Below are positions 49,391-61,360 of a DNA stretch of 64,000 nucleotides, piece by piece. Source of the DNA: Anaeramoeba ignava BMAN (taxonomy: Eukaryota; Protista; Anaeramoebae); assembly GCA_028826165.1 (NCBI GenBank), contig JAPDFW010000125.1:124001-188000 (forward strand), given 5' to 3'. The first letter of the stretch is position 1. Each line of letters starts with the position of its first letter. Both the position numbers and the translations under genes were made by a program. Under the pieces are notes generated by a model that worked only from the letters and a program-made list of their open reading frames with translations, made no database searches and was not told the DNA's origin.

Positions 49391-51592
49391 TTAATCAATA
49401 TTATCCAATTCTAAAAATAAAGTTGTTTTATCATTTAATTGGTAATAATCAATTGTATCCATAAGTTCTGTTTTTGTTTGATTTGAACAATTATCATCAA
49501 TTTCATCTAAATAAAAAAACTTTATTAATTGAACCATTGTTTCATAATGTTTTTCTGTATATTCCGAAACAGAATTTGAAGGATCATCACAAGTAAAAAA
49601 CATTCCTCTAAATAATCCACTTCTTGCAGATAAAATGATCTTATGACAAAGAATTGGTTTGCCTTCAACAATAATCCTGAAATCTTTACTTGGTTGATCC
49701 AAATACAATTTTTCTAAATCATTTAAAAACCCTGTTCGATTTTTTCTTTCATGAAACCAACGATCTGGCAAATTAAGTTGTTTCATAATTGGCAAAATGG
49801 ATTGCATTTTTGCAACTTGACTGGAAGGGTCAGTAAAGCCAGTGTATAAAAAATTCATAAAATATATCACTTCGAATTTGGGTTTGTTTTGAGTGACAGT
49901 TTGTAGTTTATCAATTATTGGATGATTTTTTCTTTCTGGATCAATTTGCCCTAAGAGTCTTAATTCCAAAATTAATTTGTGAACTTTGATTTCTCCTTGA
50001 AGACAATAAAACACATAATCTGTAAATTCTTCGCGAATCAACAGATTCAAAAAATCGTTTGTCAAAGAATCAAAATATTCCTGCATTTGATTCACTAATC
50101 TTTTATATGGGTAAATTGAGACTCTTGTGAAATCAGCATTACACGAAGCAAAAAGCTTGAGATTTCTTGGTGTTAAATATTGTGGTTTTTTGACAGCAAG
50201 ATTTAAAGGAAGATCTCTTTCTTTGTTGAATGCATTGATGTCTGCTCCATTTTTCAGAAGTAGTTTGACAACAGGCATTTCTGCGTTGTATTTGAAAGCA
50301 AAATGAAGGCAGTTGTTCAATTTAGCATCCATCAAATTGGCAAGTTCTGAATCAACTAGCAATTCAATTGTGTCAAAACTTGGATTTGTTTTCAAACAAT
50401 AAAAAAGAGGAGGTCTATTTTTGTGATCAATTAAATGATAATCTGCGCCGCTTTGGAGAAACAGCTTCACAAATTCCAAAGAATGTTGGTATCTGCACAG
50501 ATTTGTTAAAGGTGTTCTGGATTTATAATCCTGTTGGTTGATGTTATCTGTTCTTTCCATTATAAATTTTATCAATTCCAAATCTTTTAAATATTTCAAT
50601 GCAAGATGGAGGACTAATTTATTTTTTTTGTTTGAGAGATTAATATTTGGGCTTTTTTCAAGTAAATGCTTGATGATTTGAACTGGTTGGTTATTTTTGC
50701 ATAAATAATGAAGAAGGGTATTCCCAAAATTATCTTGTAAATCAATTTCAGGAGTCTTCTCAAAAATAGAATCAAAAACTCGAGAAGAAATGGATTTTGA
50801 AAAGGTGAGATGATGAAGGGGAGTTCTTCCATCTTTGTCTGTGAGATTAAAATCGATATTATACTCGAAAATTAAGTCAAGAAGATCTAGTGTTGGTTCA
50901 TTCATACACAAATAATGGGCTATTGATCGTTGATAAGAATCAATATCTTGAGGTTTAAATCCCCAATCCAGAAGAAAGCCAATAAGTGTAAAACGAATAT
51001 CCTTGTGAGTGTTATGGCAAGCAAAATGTAAAGGTGTTTGATTGAGATTATTTTTCAATTGACTTGAATCCAGATGAACGCATTCCTTAAGAAAAAACTG
51101 AATTATTTTTAGATCTTTTGAGTATTGGCAAATATAATGAATTGGTGTTGTTCCAAAAACATCTTTCAATTCAAAATCACTACTTTTTCTTGCTAATCTC
51201 ATCAGCAATTTTGGGTCAAATGATTCTTTCATACAAAGATAAAATAAAGGGATTCTTTTCAAATTATCTTCCACATAAATATTCGCTTCATTTGAAATCA
51301 AAAAATCAATAATTCCTAATTGGAAATCCTTTTCAATACAGTAATGTAAAGGTGTTTTCCCAAGACAATCTTTTCCATTTATTAATTCGGGATAATCTCC
51401 AAAAAGTTCGAAAACTTTTTTTCTAGAATTTTTTATTGCTGCAAAATGTAATAAATTTTGTTTATCTTTATTAATATATTCTTTTGGTTTTTTTTCTTTT
51501 AAAAATTTTTGAATATTTGTGATTGAATTTTGTTCGATAAAATCCCAAATTGTATAACAAGCACAAGTGAAATATCTATTTTTTCTTTTCAT
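49391..51592 (-). CDS. Ankyrin-repeat protein with tandem C-terminal BTB domains
   Basis: Multiple TPLH repeats, then EEFTDY..VHKLILELR and KDFRIIV..CHKIILSARSGLFRGMF. Confidence 0.9.
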   Translation of the reverse strand: MKRKNRYFTCACYTIWDFIEQNSITNIQKFLKEKKPKEYINKDKQNLLHFAAIKNSRKKVFELFGDYPELINGKDCLGKTPLHYCIEKDFQLGIIDFLISNEANIYVEDNLKRIPLFYLCMKESFDPKLLMRLARKSSDFELKDVFGTTPIHYICQYSKDLKIIQFFLKECVHLDSSQLKNNLNQTPLHFACHNTHKDIRFTLIGFLLDWGFKPQDIDSYQRSIAHYLCMNEPTLDLLDLIFEYNIDFNLTDKDGRTPLHHLTFSKSISSRVFDSIFEKTPEIDLQDNFGNTLLHYLCKNNQPVQIIKHLLEKSPNINLSNKKNKLVLHLALKYLKDLELIKFIMERTDNINQQDYKSRTPLTNLCRYQHSLEFVKLFLQSGADYHLIDHKNRPPLFYCLKTNPSFDTIELLVDSELANLMDAKLNNCLHFAFKYNAEMPVVKLLLKNGADINAFNKERDLPLNLAVKKPQYLTPRNLKLFASCNADFTRVSIYPYKRLVNQMQEYFDSLTNDFLNLLIREEFTDYVFYCLQGEIKVHKLILELRLLGQIDPERKNHPIIDKLQTVTQNKPKFEVIYFMNFLYTGFTDPSSQVAKMQSILPIMKQLNLPDRWFHERKNRTGFLNDLEKLYLDQPSKDFRIIVEGKPILCHKIILSARSGLFRGMFFTCDDPSNSVSEYTEKHYETMVQLIKFFYLDEIDDNCSNQTKTELMDTIDYYQLNDKTTLFLELDNID

Positions 51593-51745
51593 TTTTTTAT
51601 TTATTTAATTTAAAGAAAGGAAAAAAATGAAAACTAAAATGAAAATTTACGTCATTTGAATTGAAAAATTTTTAAAATCTAAAATTAAAAAAACAAATTT
51701 TTGTTTTCATTTTTTGTTTTTGTTTTTGCTTTTGCTTTTTCTAAA

Positions 51746-54700
51746 ATGGATTTATTAAATATAATTAAAGAAAATCAAATTGAAAAATTAAAATCAATTG
51801 ATAATAATTTACTCATTAATCAAATCAGAAAAAAGGGGAATGGAATAATAAATTTTGCAATAAAACAAAAAGTTTCGAAAGAAATTATTGAATTTTTAAT
51901 TGAAAAAGGTGCAAATCCAAGCTTATTTAATGAAAGAAACAAAAAAAATTCTTTACATTTTGCTTTGAAAAATGATTCCAATTTTGAAATTATCAAATTA
52001 TTAGTTGAAAAGGAAGTTGATATAAATGCAAAAGATAAATATCGACAAAGAATGATTCACTATTCAATCCTTTACGTAAAAACAGAAGATAAACTTGAAA
52101 TTCTGGACTATTTAATTATGAAAGGAGCTGATATCAATTCTCTTACATTTCAAAATGAAACGCCATTGCATCTCGCATGTAAAATTAACTCATTTGAGAT
52201 AATTGAGTATTTAATTGAAAATGGAGCTGATATTAACGCAAGAAATATTCGAAATGAAATTGTTTTGCATTATTCTTGCCAATACAATTCAATTGAAATA
52301 ATTGAATACTTAATTGAGAAAGGAGCCGATATCAATACAATGACATATAATAAAGAAACCGTTTTGCATTTTGCTTGTAAATCTAATTCGCTTAAAGTAA
52401 TTGAGTACTTGATTGCAAAAGGACTTGATATTAACGCAATAACAAATAATCACAGAAATGCTTTGAATTATGCTTGCGAATCTAATTCCATTGAGGTTGT
52501 TAAATTTTTAATTGAAAAAGGAATTGATATTAAAGAAATAACAAATGAATATGAAAATATGATATATTGCGCCTCACGGAATAGACCTGAAAATGCAATT
52601 GGAATTATCAAATTATTGATTGAAAAAGGATTAGATATTAAAGAAAAAACAAGATATCAAAGGAATTGTCTTCATTTTGCTTGTCGAAACGAGCAAATTT
52701 CTCTTGAAATGTTACAACTAATGATTGATAACGGAGTAGATATAAATGAAAAGGCAGCATTTTACCAGACACCTTTACAAATTGCATTAGAAAACAAAAA
52801 TATCACGCTTGAAATTATCAAATATTTGATTGAGAAAGGAGCTGAGATTAATTCACAATCAAATAGAAATGTATTGTCATTACAAATTGCATTAAAAAAC
52901 AAAAATATCACGCTTGAAATTATCAAATATTTGATTGAGAAAGGAGCTGAGATTAATTCACAAGAAACTATAAAAAGATCTACATTAAAAATTGCTTTGC
53001 AAAATAGAAAAATAACGCTTGAAATTATCAAATACTTGATTGAAAAAGGAGCTGAGATTAATTCAAAAGAAACTAAAAAAGACTCTCTTTTGAACAATGC
53101 TTTTAAATATCAAGATAACAATCAAGAGTTGTTTGAAATTGTTAAATTCCTTGTAGAAAACAAAGTGGATGTAAATTCAAAAACAAATGAGAATGAAACA
53201 CCTCTACATTATGCTTTACAATATCAAAATGGAAATGAAGATTTATTCGAAATTATCAAATTCCTTGTTTCCAAAAAAGCAAATGTTAATGCGAAAAATA
53301 AGCAACAAAAAGAAACACCTTTGCATTATGCTTTTAAATATCAAGATAACAATCAAGAGTTGTTTGAAATTGTTAAATTCTTTGTGGAAAACAAAGTGGA
53401 TGTAAATTCAAAAACAAATGAGAATGAAACACCTCTACATTATGCTTTACAATACCAAAATGGAAATGAAGATTTATTCGAAATTGTCAAATTCCTTGTT
53501 TCCAAAAAAGCAAATGTTAATGCGAAAACAAAATATGAAGATGAGACAATTTTACATTTTGCCTGTCAATACAAAAATCAAAAATCATTTGAGATTATTC
53601 AGTTTCTTGTATCACAAAAAGTAAATGTGAATACTAAAACAAAACTTGGCAAAATAACTCCTTTGCATTATGCTTGCAAATACCAAACTAAGAATTTATT
53701 AGGAATCACCAAAATCCTCTTTTCCAACGGTGCTGATCTAAGTGAAAAAACAAAGGAAAATGAAACAGTTTTGCATTTAGCATGCCAATATGACAACGAT
53801 GATTCTTTTGAAGTTATTAAACTTCTTGTTTCAAATGGAGTAAACATTAATGCAAAAACAAAATATGAAGAAACAGCTCTTCATTTTGCTTGCCAAAATT
53901 CACATCCAAATTCATTTGAAGTTATCAAACTTCTTGTTTTGAATGGAGCAAATATTAATGTTGAAAATAATTATAAAAAAACACCACTTCATTTTGCATG
54001 TCTAAATCAAAATGAAAATTCATTGGAAATTATCAAATTTCTTGTTTCGAAAGGAGCAGATATTAGTGCAAAAACAATTCATAACGAAAATCCGTTTCAT
54101 TACATTTCACAAAAAGAGAACTCAAGCGAAATTCTGAGATATTTAATTGAAGAAGGAGTTGATATTAATTCAAAAACCAACAATAATGAAAACGCCTTGC
54201 ATTACTCATGTAGAAACAACTCAATAGAAGCAATTAAATTGCTTGTTGAGCACAATATTAACATTAATCTCAAAAATATGAGCAATGAAACACCTCTTTC
54301 CATTTCAATCAATAACAAGAATCGAAGAGCAATTATATTTTTGTTAGTTAATGAAGCTCATTTTGATAATTTAAACTCAAATCTGAAAAAATCAAAAGAT
54401 TTTGTTTATTGCACTCAAAGAGTTTTTTCAATTAACTCTGATTTAGATAATTTGTTGAAATCAAATGAAAATGTAGCAGATTTCGAAATTAGGACAAATG
54501 ACGATTTTGTGTTCAAAACACATAAATTAATTTTATTAACAAGATTTAATAGGAATGAAAAAATGTTAGAGACATTTATTGATTATTGCTTGCAAAACCC
54601 AAAAGAAGAGGTTTGGAAAGCTTTAAATTTTCTGTATAAAGGATTTTTTGATTTGGAAAAGAATCAAAAAGAGATTACCAATTTAGAAAATTCTTTTATT

Positions 54701-55163
54701 TGTTTTGATTCTCAATTACCAGAATATCAAAAAGAAATGGATAATTTACAAAATTTCTTCCAACAAATTGGAATTGATTCAAAATGGATTAATCAAAAAA
54801 AAGGAAGAAAAGGTATTTTAAATGATTTAAAAAGACTCTACAAAGAAGATGATTCGAAAGATTTTACAATAATTTGTTCTGAATGAAAAAGAAATCAAGG
54901 CACATAAAGTAATCCTAATATTGAGAAGTGAGCTATTTAAAGGAATGTTTTTAAATGTTCAAGATTCATCTAATCAAGTTCATGATTATTCAGGGAAATC
55001 ATTTGAAACAATTCATCAATTAATCTATTTCTTTTATCATGATGAATTTGACAAAACAAAGGAAATTAATGAAAAAATCATCAAAGAATTCGAAGATGTT
55101 AAAGATTATTATCAATTAAATCCAAATTCCTTAATTGATTTACTTTTAGAAGATTTCAAATGA
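51746..55163 (+). pseudogene. Ankyrin-repeat tandem-BTB gene with a frameshift at about 54880 in the second BTB (truncated allele, pseudogene or assembly error)
   Basis: ORF ends DFTIICSE*; the +1 frame continues NEKEIKAHKVILILRSELFKGMF...DYYQLN to 55163. Confidence 0.7.
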
Positions 55164-55191
55164 ATCCAAAAAAAAAATTTTTTTTTAAATT

Positions 55192-56978
55192 TTAATTATT
55201 AAATTTCCTAATTAATAAATCAAATAAATTTGGATTTGTTTGATTTAATTGAAAATAATCAATTCCAATTTCAATTTCGTCAATTATCTCTTGTGTAATT
55301 TGAATTTCATTTTTAATTTTATTTGAATAAATCCAATATTCAAATATTTGAAATGATTTATTACTTAATTCACTATAATCTGTAACTTTATTAGATTTAT
55401 CATTTGTAACAGATAAAAACATTCCTCGATATAATTCACTTCTCATTATTAATATTAATTTAGGAAATTTATATTGTTTTTCTTTTCTTTCAATTATAAA
55501 ATCTTTTTCATTTTCATTTTCATTTAAATAAATTCTTTTCATTGTTTCTTCTATTTTTTCATTTGAATTTATAATTTCTTTAATTTCTGAATATAATATT
55601 GGATTTATTATTTATTGTTTGAATAAATCATTTCAAATATTTGATTTGATTCTTTAATTGATTTATTTGAAATAATTTCTTGAAGTTTTTCAATTTGATT
55701 TTGATTTTGATTTAATCTATATTTCAATATTAATTTATGAGCTTCAATTATTTCTCCATTTTCTGTTTTAAATGAAATATCACAAAATTCTTTTCTTTCA
55801 AATAGTTTTATCAAATCTTCTTCAAGATTGGAAAAAGAAGGAGAAGAATAATAAAGAAATGATTTTTCATTTTTACAAAGAATATGATAATTGAAAATTT
55901 CATCATTAAATTTTAATTTAGGAAGTTCAATTTGAATTGGAATTAATTGATCTTTTATATCTTCAGTTCCTAATTGACCATATTCATTTTCTCCGAATCC
56001 TATCAGTTCTGAATTGGAAGTTAAAATCAAAGTATGCATATTTCCAACAGAAAAATCAAGAATATCATCATCATTTTCAAATAAAGATGATTTGATTTCA
56101 GTAAATTCATAAGTATGTCCATTTTTACCAAGTCCATTAAATCCACGTCTTCCACATGAATAAAGTTTTCTTTTTGGATTTTGATTTTCATTTTCAATCA
56201 ACATTATTGAATCAAATCCTCCACATTGAATATCAATTATTTTACCTTTTGGAATATTTTGGATTTGGGTTAATTTTTGGATTTTTTTTTCTTCTTTTCT
56301 TGATTCTCCTAATCCAAGTTGACCATAACCATTATCACCACATCCAAATAATTCTTGATTTGAGTTTAAAAGAAAAATAAAATCTGAAGTATTTCCTGAA
56401 AATATTTTAGAAACATTTTTCATCATTAAAATTGGTTTTTCTGTTTTTGGAAGTGTTTCAGAATCAAAACCAATTTGACAATATTCATTTGAACCAATTC
56501 CATAAGCATTTTGATTTGAAGTTAATAAGTAAATTGAATTGTATCCAGAAACAATATCTTGAATTACTCTATCATTTGTATCTTCAATTAATGATGAAAT
56601 ATTGATAAATTGATTTGAATTATTTGAATTAATATCATCTCCTTTGGCAAATACATTTCCTTCTATTGTTAAAATAGCTTCATTTTCATAATCAACAGTT
56701 ACTTTTTGAATATTTTCTTCAATTTGGATTTTTGAAGGATTTTGATTTGAATCATTTTCTTTTGAATATTCTATTGCTTTTCCATTTTTAAAAAGGAAAA
56801 TTGTTGAAAAAAAACCTGTTGAAATTTGTTTAATTTGTTTTTCATTTTCATTTTCATTTTCATTTTCATTTTCATTTTCATTTTCAAATTTAAATTGAAT
56901 TGGTTTTGTTATTTTTTCTGGTTCATTTTTGATAAGAATTGGATTTTTATTCCAACCAAAAAATATAATTTCATTCAT
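55192..56978 (-). pseudogene. RCC1-propeller tandem-BTB gene copy A with a frameshift at about 55612
   Basis: AAC AATAA ATA ATA AAT CCA replaces the paralogs' AAY AGA ATA ATA AAT CCA (+2 nt). The downstream 116-aa ORF matches the paralog C-terminus. Confidence 0.7.
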
Positions 56979-57167
56979 TTTGAAAAGAAAAAAATGAAAA
57001 AAATGATTTTTAATTTTAATTTTAATAATTTTAATTTTAATTTTGATTTTAATTTTAATTTTAATTTTAATTTTAATTTTAATTTTAATTTTAATTTTGA
57101 TTTTAATTTTAATTTTGATTTTAATTTTAATTTTAATTTTAATTTTAATTTTAATTTTAATTTAAAT

Positions 57168-58952
57168 TTAATTATTAAATTTGTTAATTAATAAATCAAA
57201 TAAATTTGGATTTGTTTGATTTAATTGAAAATAATCAATTCCAATTTTAATCTCATCAATGATTTCTTGTGTAATTTGAATTTCTTTTTTAATTTGATTT
57301 GAATAAATCCAATATTCAAATATTTGAAATGATTTATTATTTAATTCACTATAATCTGTAACTTTATTAGATTTATCTTCAGTTACAGATAAAAACATTC
57401 CTCGATATAATTCACTTCTCATTATTAATATTAATTTAGGAAATTTATATTGTTTTTCTTTTCTTTCAATTATAAAATCTTTTTCATTTTCATTTTCATT
57501 TAAATAAATTCTTTTCATTGTTTCTTCAATTTTTTCATTTGAATTTATAATTTCTTTAATTTCAGAATATAATTTTGGATTTATTATTCTGTTTGAATAA
57601 ATCATTTCAAATATTTGATTTGATTCTTTAATTGATTTTTTTGAAATAATTTCTTTAAGTTTTTCAATTTGATTTTGATTTTGATTTAATCTATATTTCA
57701 ATATTAATTTATGAGCTTCAATTATTTCTCCATTTTCTGTTTTAAATGAAATATCACAAAATTCTTTTCTTTCAAATAGTTTTATCAAATCTTCTTCAAG
57801 ATTGGAAAAAGAAGGAGGAGAATAATAAAGAAATGATTTATAATATCCACAAGAAATATGATAATTGGAAATATTTTCATTAAATCTTAATTTAGGAAGT
57901 TTAATTTGAATTGGGATATATTGTGTTTTTGTATTTCCAGTTCCTAATTGACCATAAGAATTATCTCCAAATACTATTAATTTTGAATTGGAAGTTAAAA
58001 TCAAAGTATGAGTATTTCCAACAGAAAAATCAAGAATATTATCATCATTTTCAAATAAAGATGATTTGATTTCAGTAAATTCATAAATATCTTCATATTT
58101 GCCAAGTCCATTAAATACAGAATTTCCACATGAATAAAGTTTTCTTTTTGGATTTTGATTTTCATCTTCAATCAACATTATTGAATCAAATCCTCCACAT
58201 TGAATATCAATTATTTTACCTTTTGGAATATTTTGGATTTTGGTTAATTTTTGGATTTTTTTTTCTTCTTTTCTTGATTCTCCTAATCCAAGTTGACCAT
58301 ATCCATTATCACCACATCCAAATAATTCTTGATTTGAGTTTAAAAGAAAAATACAATCTGAAGTATTTCCTGAAAATATTTTAGAAACATTTTTCATCAT
58401 TAAAATTGGTTTTTCTGTTTTTGGAAGTGTTTTAGAATCAAAACCAATTTGACAATATTCATTTGAACCAATTCCATAAGCATTTTGATTTGAAGTTAAT
58501 AAGTAAATTGAATTGTATGCAGAAACAATATCTTGAATTATTCTATCATTTGTATCTTCAATTAATGATGAAATATTGATAAATTGATTTGGATTATTTG
58601 GATTAATATTTTCTCCTTTGGCAAATACATTTCCTTCTATTGTTAAAATAACTTCATTTTGATAACCAACAGTTACTTTTTGAATATTTTCTTCAATTTG
58701 GATTTCTGAAGGATTTTGATTTAAATATTTTTGATTTAAATATTCTATTGCTTTTCCATTTTTAAAAAGGAAAATTGTTGAAAAATAACCTGATGAAATT
58801 TGTTTAATTTGTTTTTCATTTTCATTTTCATTTTCATTTTCATTTTCATTTTCATTTTCAAATTTAAATTGAATTGGTTTTTTTATTCTATTTGGTTTAT
58901 TTTTGAAAAGTTTTGGATATTTATTTAAACCAAAAAATATAATTTCATTCAT
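57168..58952 (-). CDS. RCC1-propeller tandem-BTB protein copy B
   Basis: GxNxYGQLG and GNTHT repeats; EFCDISF..AHKLILKYR; PKLILIMRSELYRGMF. Confidence 0.9.
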   Translation of the reverse strand: MNEIIFFGLNKYPKLFKNKPNRIKKPIQFKFENENENENENENENEKQIKQISSGYFSTIFLFKNGKAIEYLNQKYLNQNPSEIQIEENIQKVTVGYQNEVILTIEGNVFAKGENINPNNPNQFINISSLIEDTNDRIIQDIVSAYNSIYLLTSNQNAYGIGSNEYCQIGFDSKTLPKTEKPILMMKNVSKIFSGNTSDCIFLLNSNQELFGCGDNGYGQLGLGESRKEEKKIQKLTKIQNIPKGKIIDIQCGGFDSIMLIEDENQNPKRKLYSCGNSVFNGLGKYEDIYEFTEIKSSLFENDDNILDFSVGNTHTLILTSNSKLIVFGDNSYGQLGTGNTKTQYIPIQIKLPKLRFNENISNYHISCGYYKSFLYYSPPSFSNLEEDLIKLFERKEFCDISFKTENGEIIEAHKLILKYRLNQNQNQIEKLKEIISKKSIKESNQIFEMIYSNRIINPKLYSEIKEIINSNEKIEETMKRIYLNENENEKDFIIERKEKQYKFPKLILIMRSELYRGMFLSVTEDKSNKVTDYSELNNKSFQIFEYWIYSNQIKKEIQITQEIIDEIKIGIDYFQLNQTNPNLFDLLINKFNN

Positions 58953-58989
58953 TTTTGAAAAGAAAAAAATGAAAAAATAATTTTTGGAA

Positions 58990-59340
58990 TTTAATTTAAT
59001 TTTAATTTTAATTTTAATTTTAATTTTAATTTTAATTTTAATTTTAATTTTAATTTTAATTTTAATTTTAATTTTAATTCTAATTTTGATTTTAATTTTA
59101 ATTTTAATTTTAATTTTAATTTTAATTTTAATTTTAATTTTAATTTTAATTTTAATTTTAATTTTAATTTTAATTTTTAATTTTAATTTTTAATTTTAAT
59201 TTTAATTTTAATTTTAATTTTAATTTTAATTTTAATTTTAATTTTAATTTTAATTTTAATTTTAATTTTAATTTTAATTTTAATTTTAATTTTAATTTTG
59301 ATTTTGATTTTAATTTTAATTTTGATTTTGATGTTGATTT
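58990..59340. repeat. (TTTTAA)n microsatellite spacer between RCC1-BTB copies (also about 57008..57167 and 61170..61360)
   Basis: Direct inspection. Confidence 0.9.
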
Positions 59341-61124
59341 TAATTATTAAATTTGTTAATTAATAAATCAATTAAATTTGGATATGTTTGATTTAATTGA
59401 AAATAATCAATTCCAATTTTAATCTCATCAATGATTTCTTGTGTAATTTTAATTTCATTTTTAATTTGATTTGAATAAATCCAATATTCAAATATTTGAA
59501 ATGATTTATCACTTAATTCACTATAATCTGTAACTTTATTAGATTTATCTTCAGTTACAGATAAAAACATTCCTCGATATAATTCACTTCTCATTATTAA
59601 TATTAATTTTGGAAATTTATATTGCTTTTCTTTTCTTTCAATAATAAAATCTTTTTCATTTTCATTTTCATTTAAATAAATTCTTTTTATTGTTTCTTCA
59701 ATTTTTTCATTGTAATTTATAATTTCTTTAATTTCAGAATATAATTTTGGATTTATTATTCTATTTGAATAAATCATTTCAAATATTTGATTGGATTCTT
59801 TAATTGATTTTTTTGAAATAATTTCTTGAAGTTTTTCAATTTGATTTTGATTTTCATTTAATCTATATTTCAATATTAATTTATGAGCTTCAATTATTTC
59901 TCCATTTTCTGTTTTAAATGAAATATTGCAAAATTCTTTTCTTTCAAATAGTTTTATCAAATCTTCTTCAAGATTGGAAAAAGAAGAAAGAGAAGGAGAA
60001 GAATAATAAAGAAATGAATTGTTGTATCCACAAGAAATATGATAATTGAAAATATCTTTATTAAATCTTAATTTAGGAAGTTTAATTTGAATTGGCTTCA
60101 ATATAGATTTTTTCTTCTTGATTCCTAATTCACCAAAATTAGACCAACCAAATCCAATTAATTTTCTATTGTAAGTTAAAATCAAAGTATGTGTATTTCC
60201 ACAAGAAATTTCAAGAATATTATCATCATTTTCAAATAAAGATGATTTGATTTCAGTAAATTCATAAGTATGTTTTTTTTTTCCAAGTCCATTATAAGCA
60301 TACTCTCCACATGAATAAAGTTTTCTTTTGTAATTTTCATCTTTAATCAACATTATTGAATGATTATTTCCACATTGAATATCAAATATTTCACCTTTTG
60401 GAATATTTTGAATTTTGGTTAATTTTCTAGGTTTTGATTCTCCTAATCCAAGTTGACCATAAAAATTCCACCCACATCCAAATAATTCTTGATTTGAATT
60501 TAAAAGAAAAACATGATGTGAAGTATTTCCTGAAAATATTTTAAAAACATTTTTCATCATTAAAATTGGTTTTTTTGTTTTTTCAAGTGTTTTAGAATCA
60601 AAACCAAGTTGACAATATTCATTTGAACCAATTCCATAAGCATTTTGATTTGAAGTTAATAAGTAAATTGAATTGTGTCCAGAAACAATATCTTGAATTA
60701 CTCTATCATTTGTATCTTCAATTAATGATGAAATATTGATAAATTCATCGGGATTTTTTGGATTAATATATTTTCCTTTGGCAAATACATTCCCTTCTAT
60801 TGTTAAAGCAGCTTCATTTTCAAGACCAACAGTTACTTTTTGAATATTTTCAATTTTTTGAGGATTTGATTTTTCATGCGGAAAGCGTAAATATTCTAAT
60901 GCTTTTCCATTTTCAAAAAGGAAAATTGTTGCGAAATAACCTGTTGAAATTTGTTTAATTTGTTTTTCATTTTCATTTTCATTTTCATTTTCATTTTCAT
61001 TTTCATTTTCATTTTCAAATTTAAATTGAATTGGTTTTATTATTCTTGTGTATAATTCTCTTTTTAAAAGTTTTTCAGATAATGTGTTTTCACCAAAAAA
61101 TAAAATATGATTTATTTTCTCCAT
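59340..61124 (-). CDS. RCC1-propeller tandem-BTB protein copy C
   Basis: Same architecture as copy B; intact 594-aa ORF. Confidence 0.9.
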   Translation of the reverse strand: MEKINHILFFGENTLSEKLLKRELYTRIIKPIQFKFENENENENENENENENEKQIKQISTGYFATIFLFENGKALEYLRFPHEKSNPQKIENIQKVTVGLENEAALTIEGNVFAKGKYINPKNPDEFINISSLIEDTNDRVIQDIVSGHNSIYLLTSNQNAYGIGSNEYCQLGFDSKTLEKTKKPILMMKNVFKIFSGNTSHHVFLLNSNQELFGCGWNFYGQLGLGESKPRKLTKIQNIPKGEIFDIQCGNNHSIMLIKDENYKRKLYSCGEYAYNGLGKKKHTYEFTEIKSSLFENDDNILEISCGNTHTLILTYNRKLIGFGWSNFGELGIKKKKSILKPIQIKLPKLRFNKDIFNYHISCGYNNSFLYYSSPSLSSFSNLEEDLIKLFERKEFCNISFKTENGEIIEAHKLILKYRLNENQNQIEKLQEIISKKSIKESNQIFEMIYSNRIINPKLYSEIKEIINYNEKIEETIKRIYLNENENEKDFIIERKEKQYKFPKLILIMRSELYRGMFLSVTEDKSNKVTDYSELSDKSFQIFEYWIYSNQIKNEIKITQEIIDEIKIGIDYFQLNQTYPNLIDLLINKFNN

Positions 61125-61360
61125 TTTTAAAAAAGAAAAAAATGAAAAATGAATTTTGGATTTTGGATTTTTAATTTTAATTTTAATTTTAATTTTGATT
61201 TTAATTTTAATTTTAATTTTAATTTTAATTTTAATTTTAATTTTAATTTTAATTTTAATTTTTTTAAATTTTAATTTTAATTTTAATTTTAATTTTAATT
61301 TTAATTTTAATTTTAATTTTAATTTTAATTTTAATTTTAATTTTAATTTTAATTTTGATT

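Noticed and set aside
54884-54886. TGA as selenocysteine, readthrough or an alternative genetic code
   Set aside because: The homologous continuation is in a different frame, and TGA/TAA act as normal stops in other genes here.
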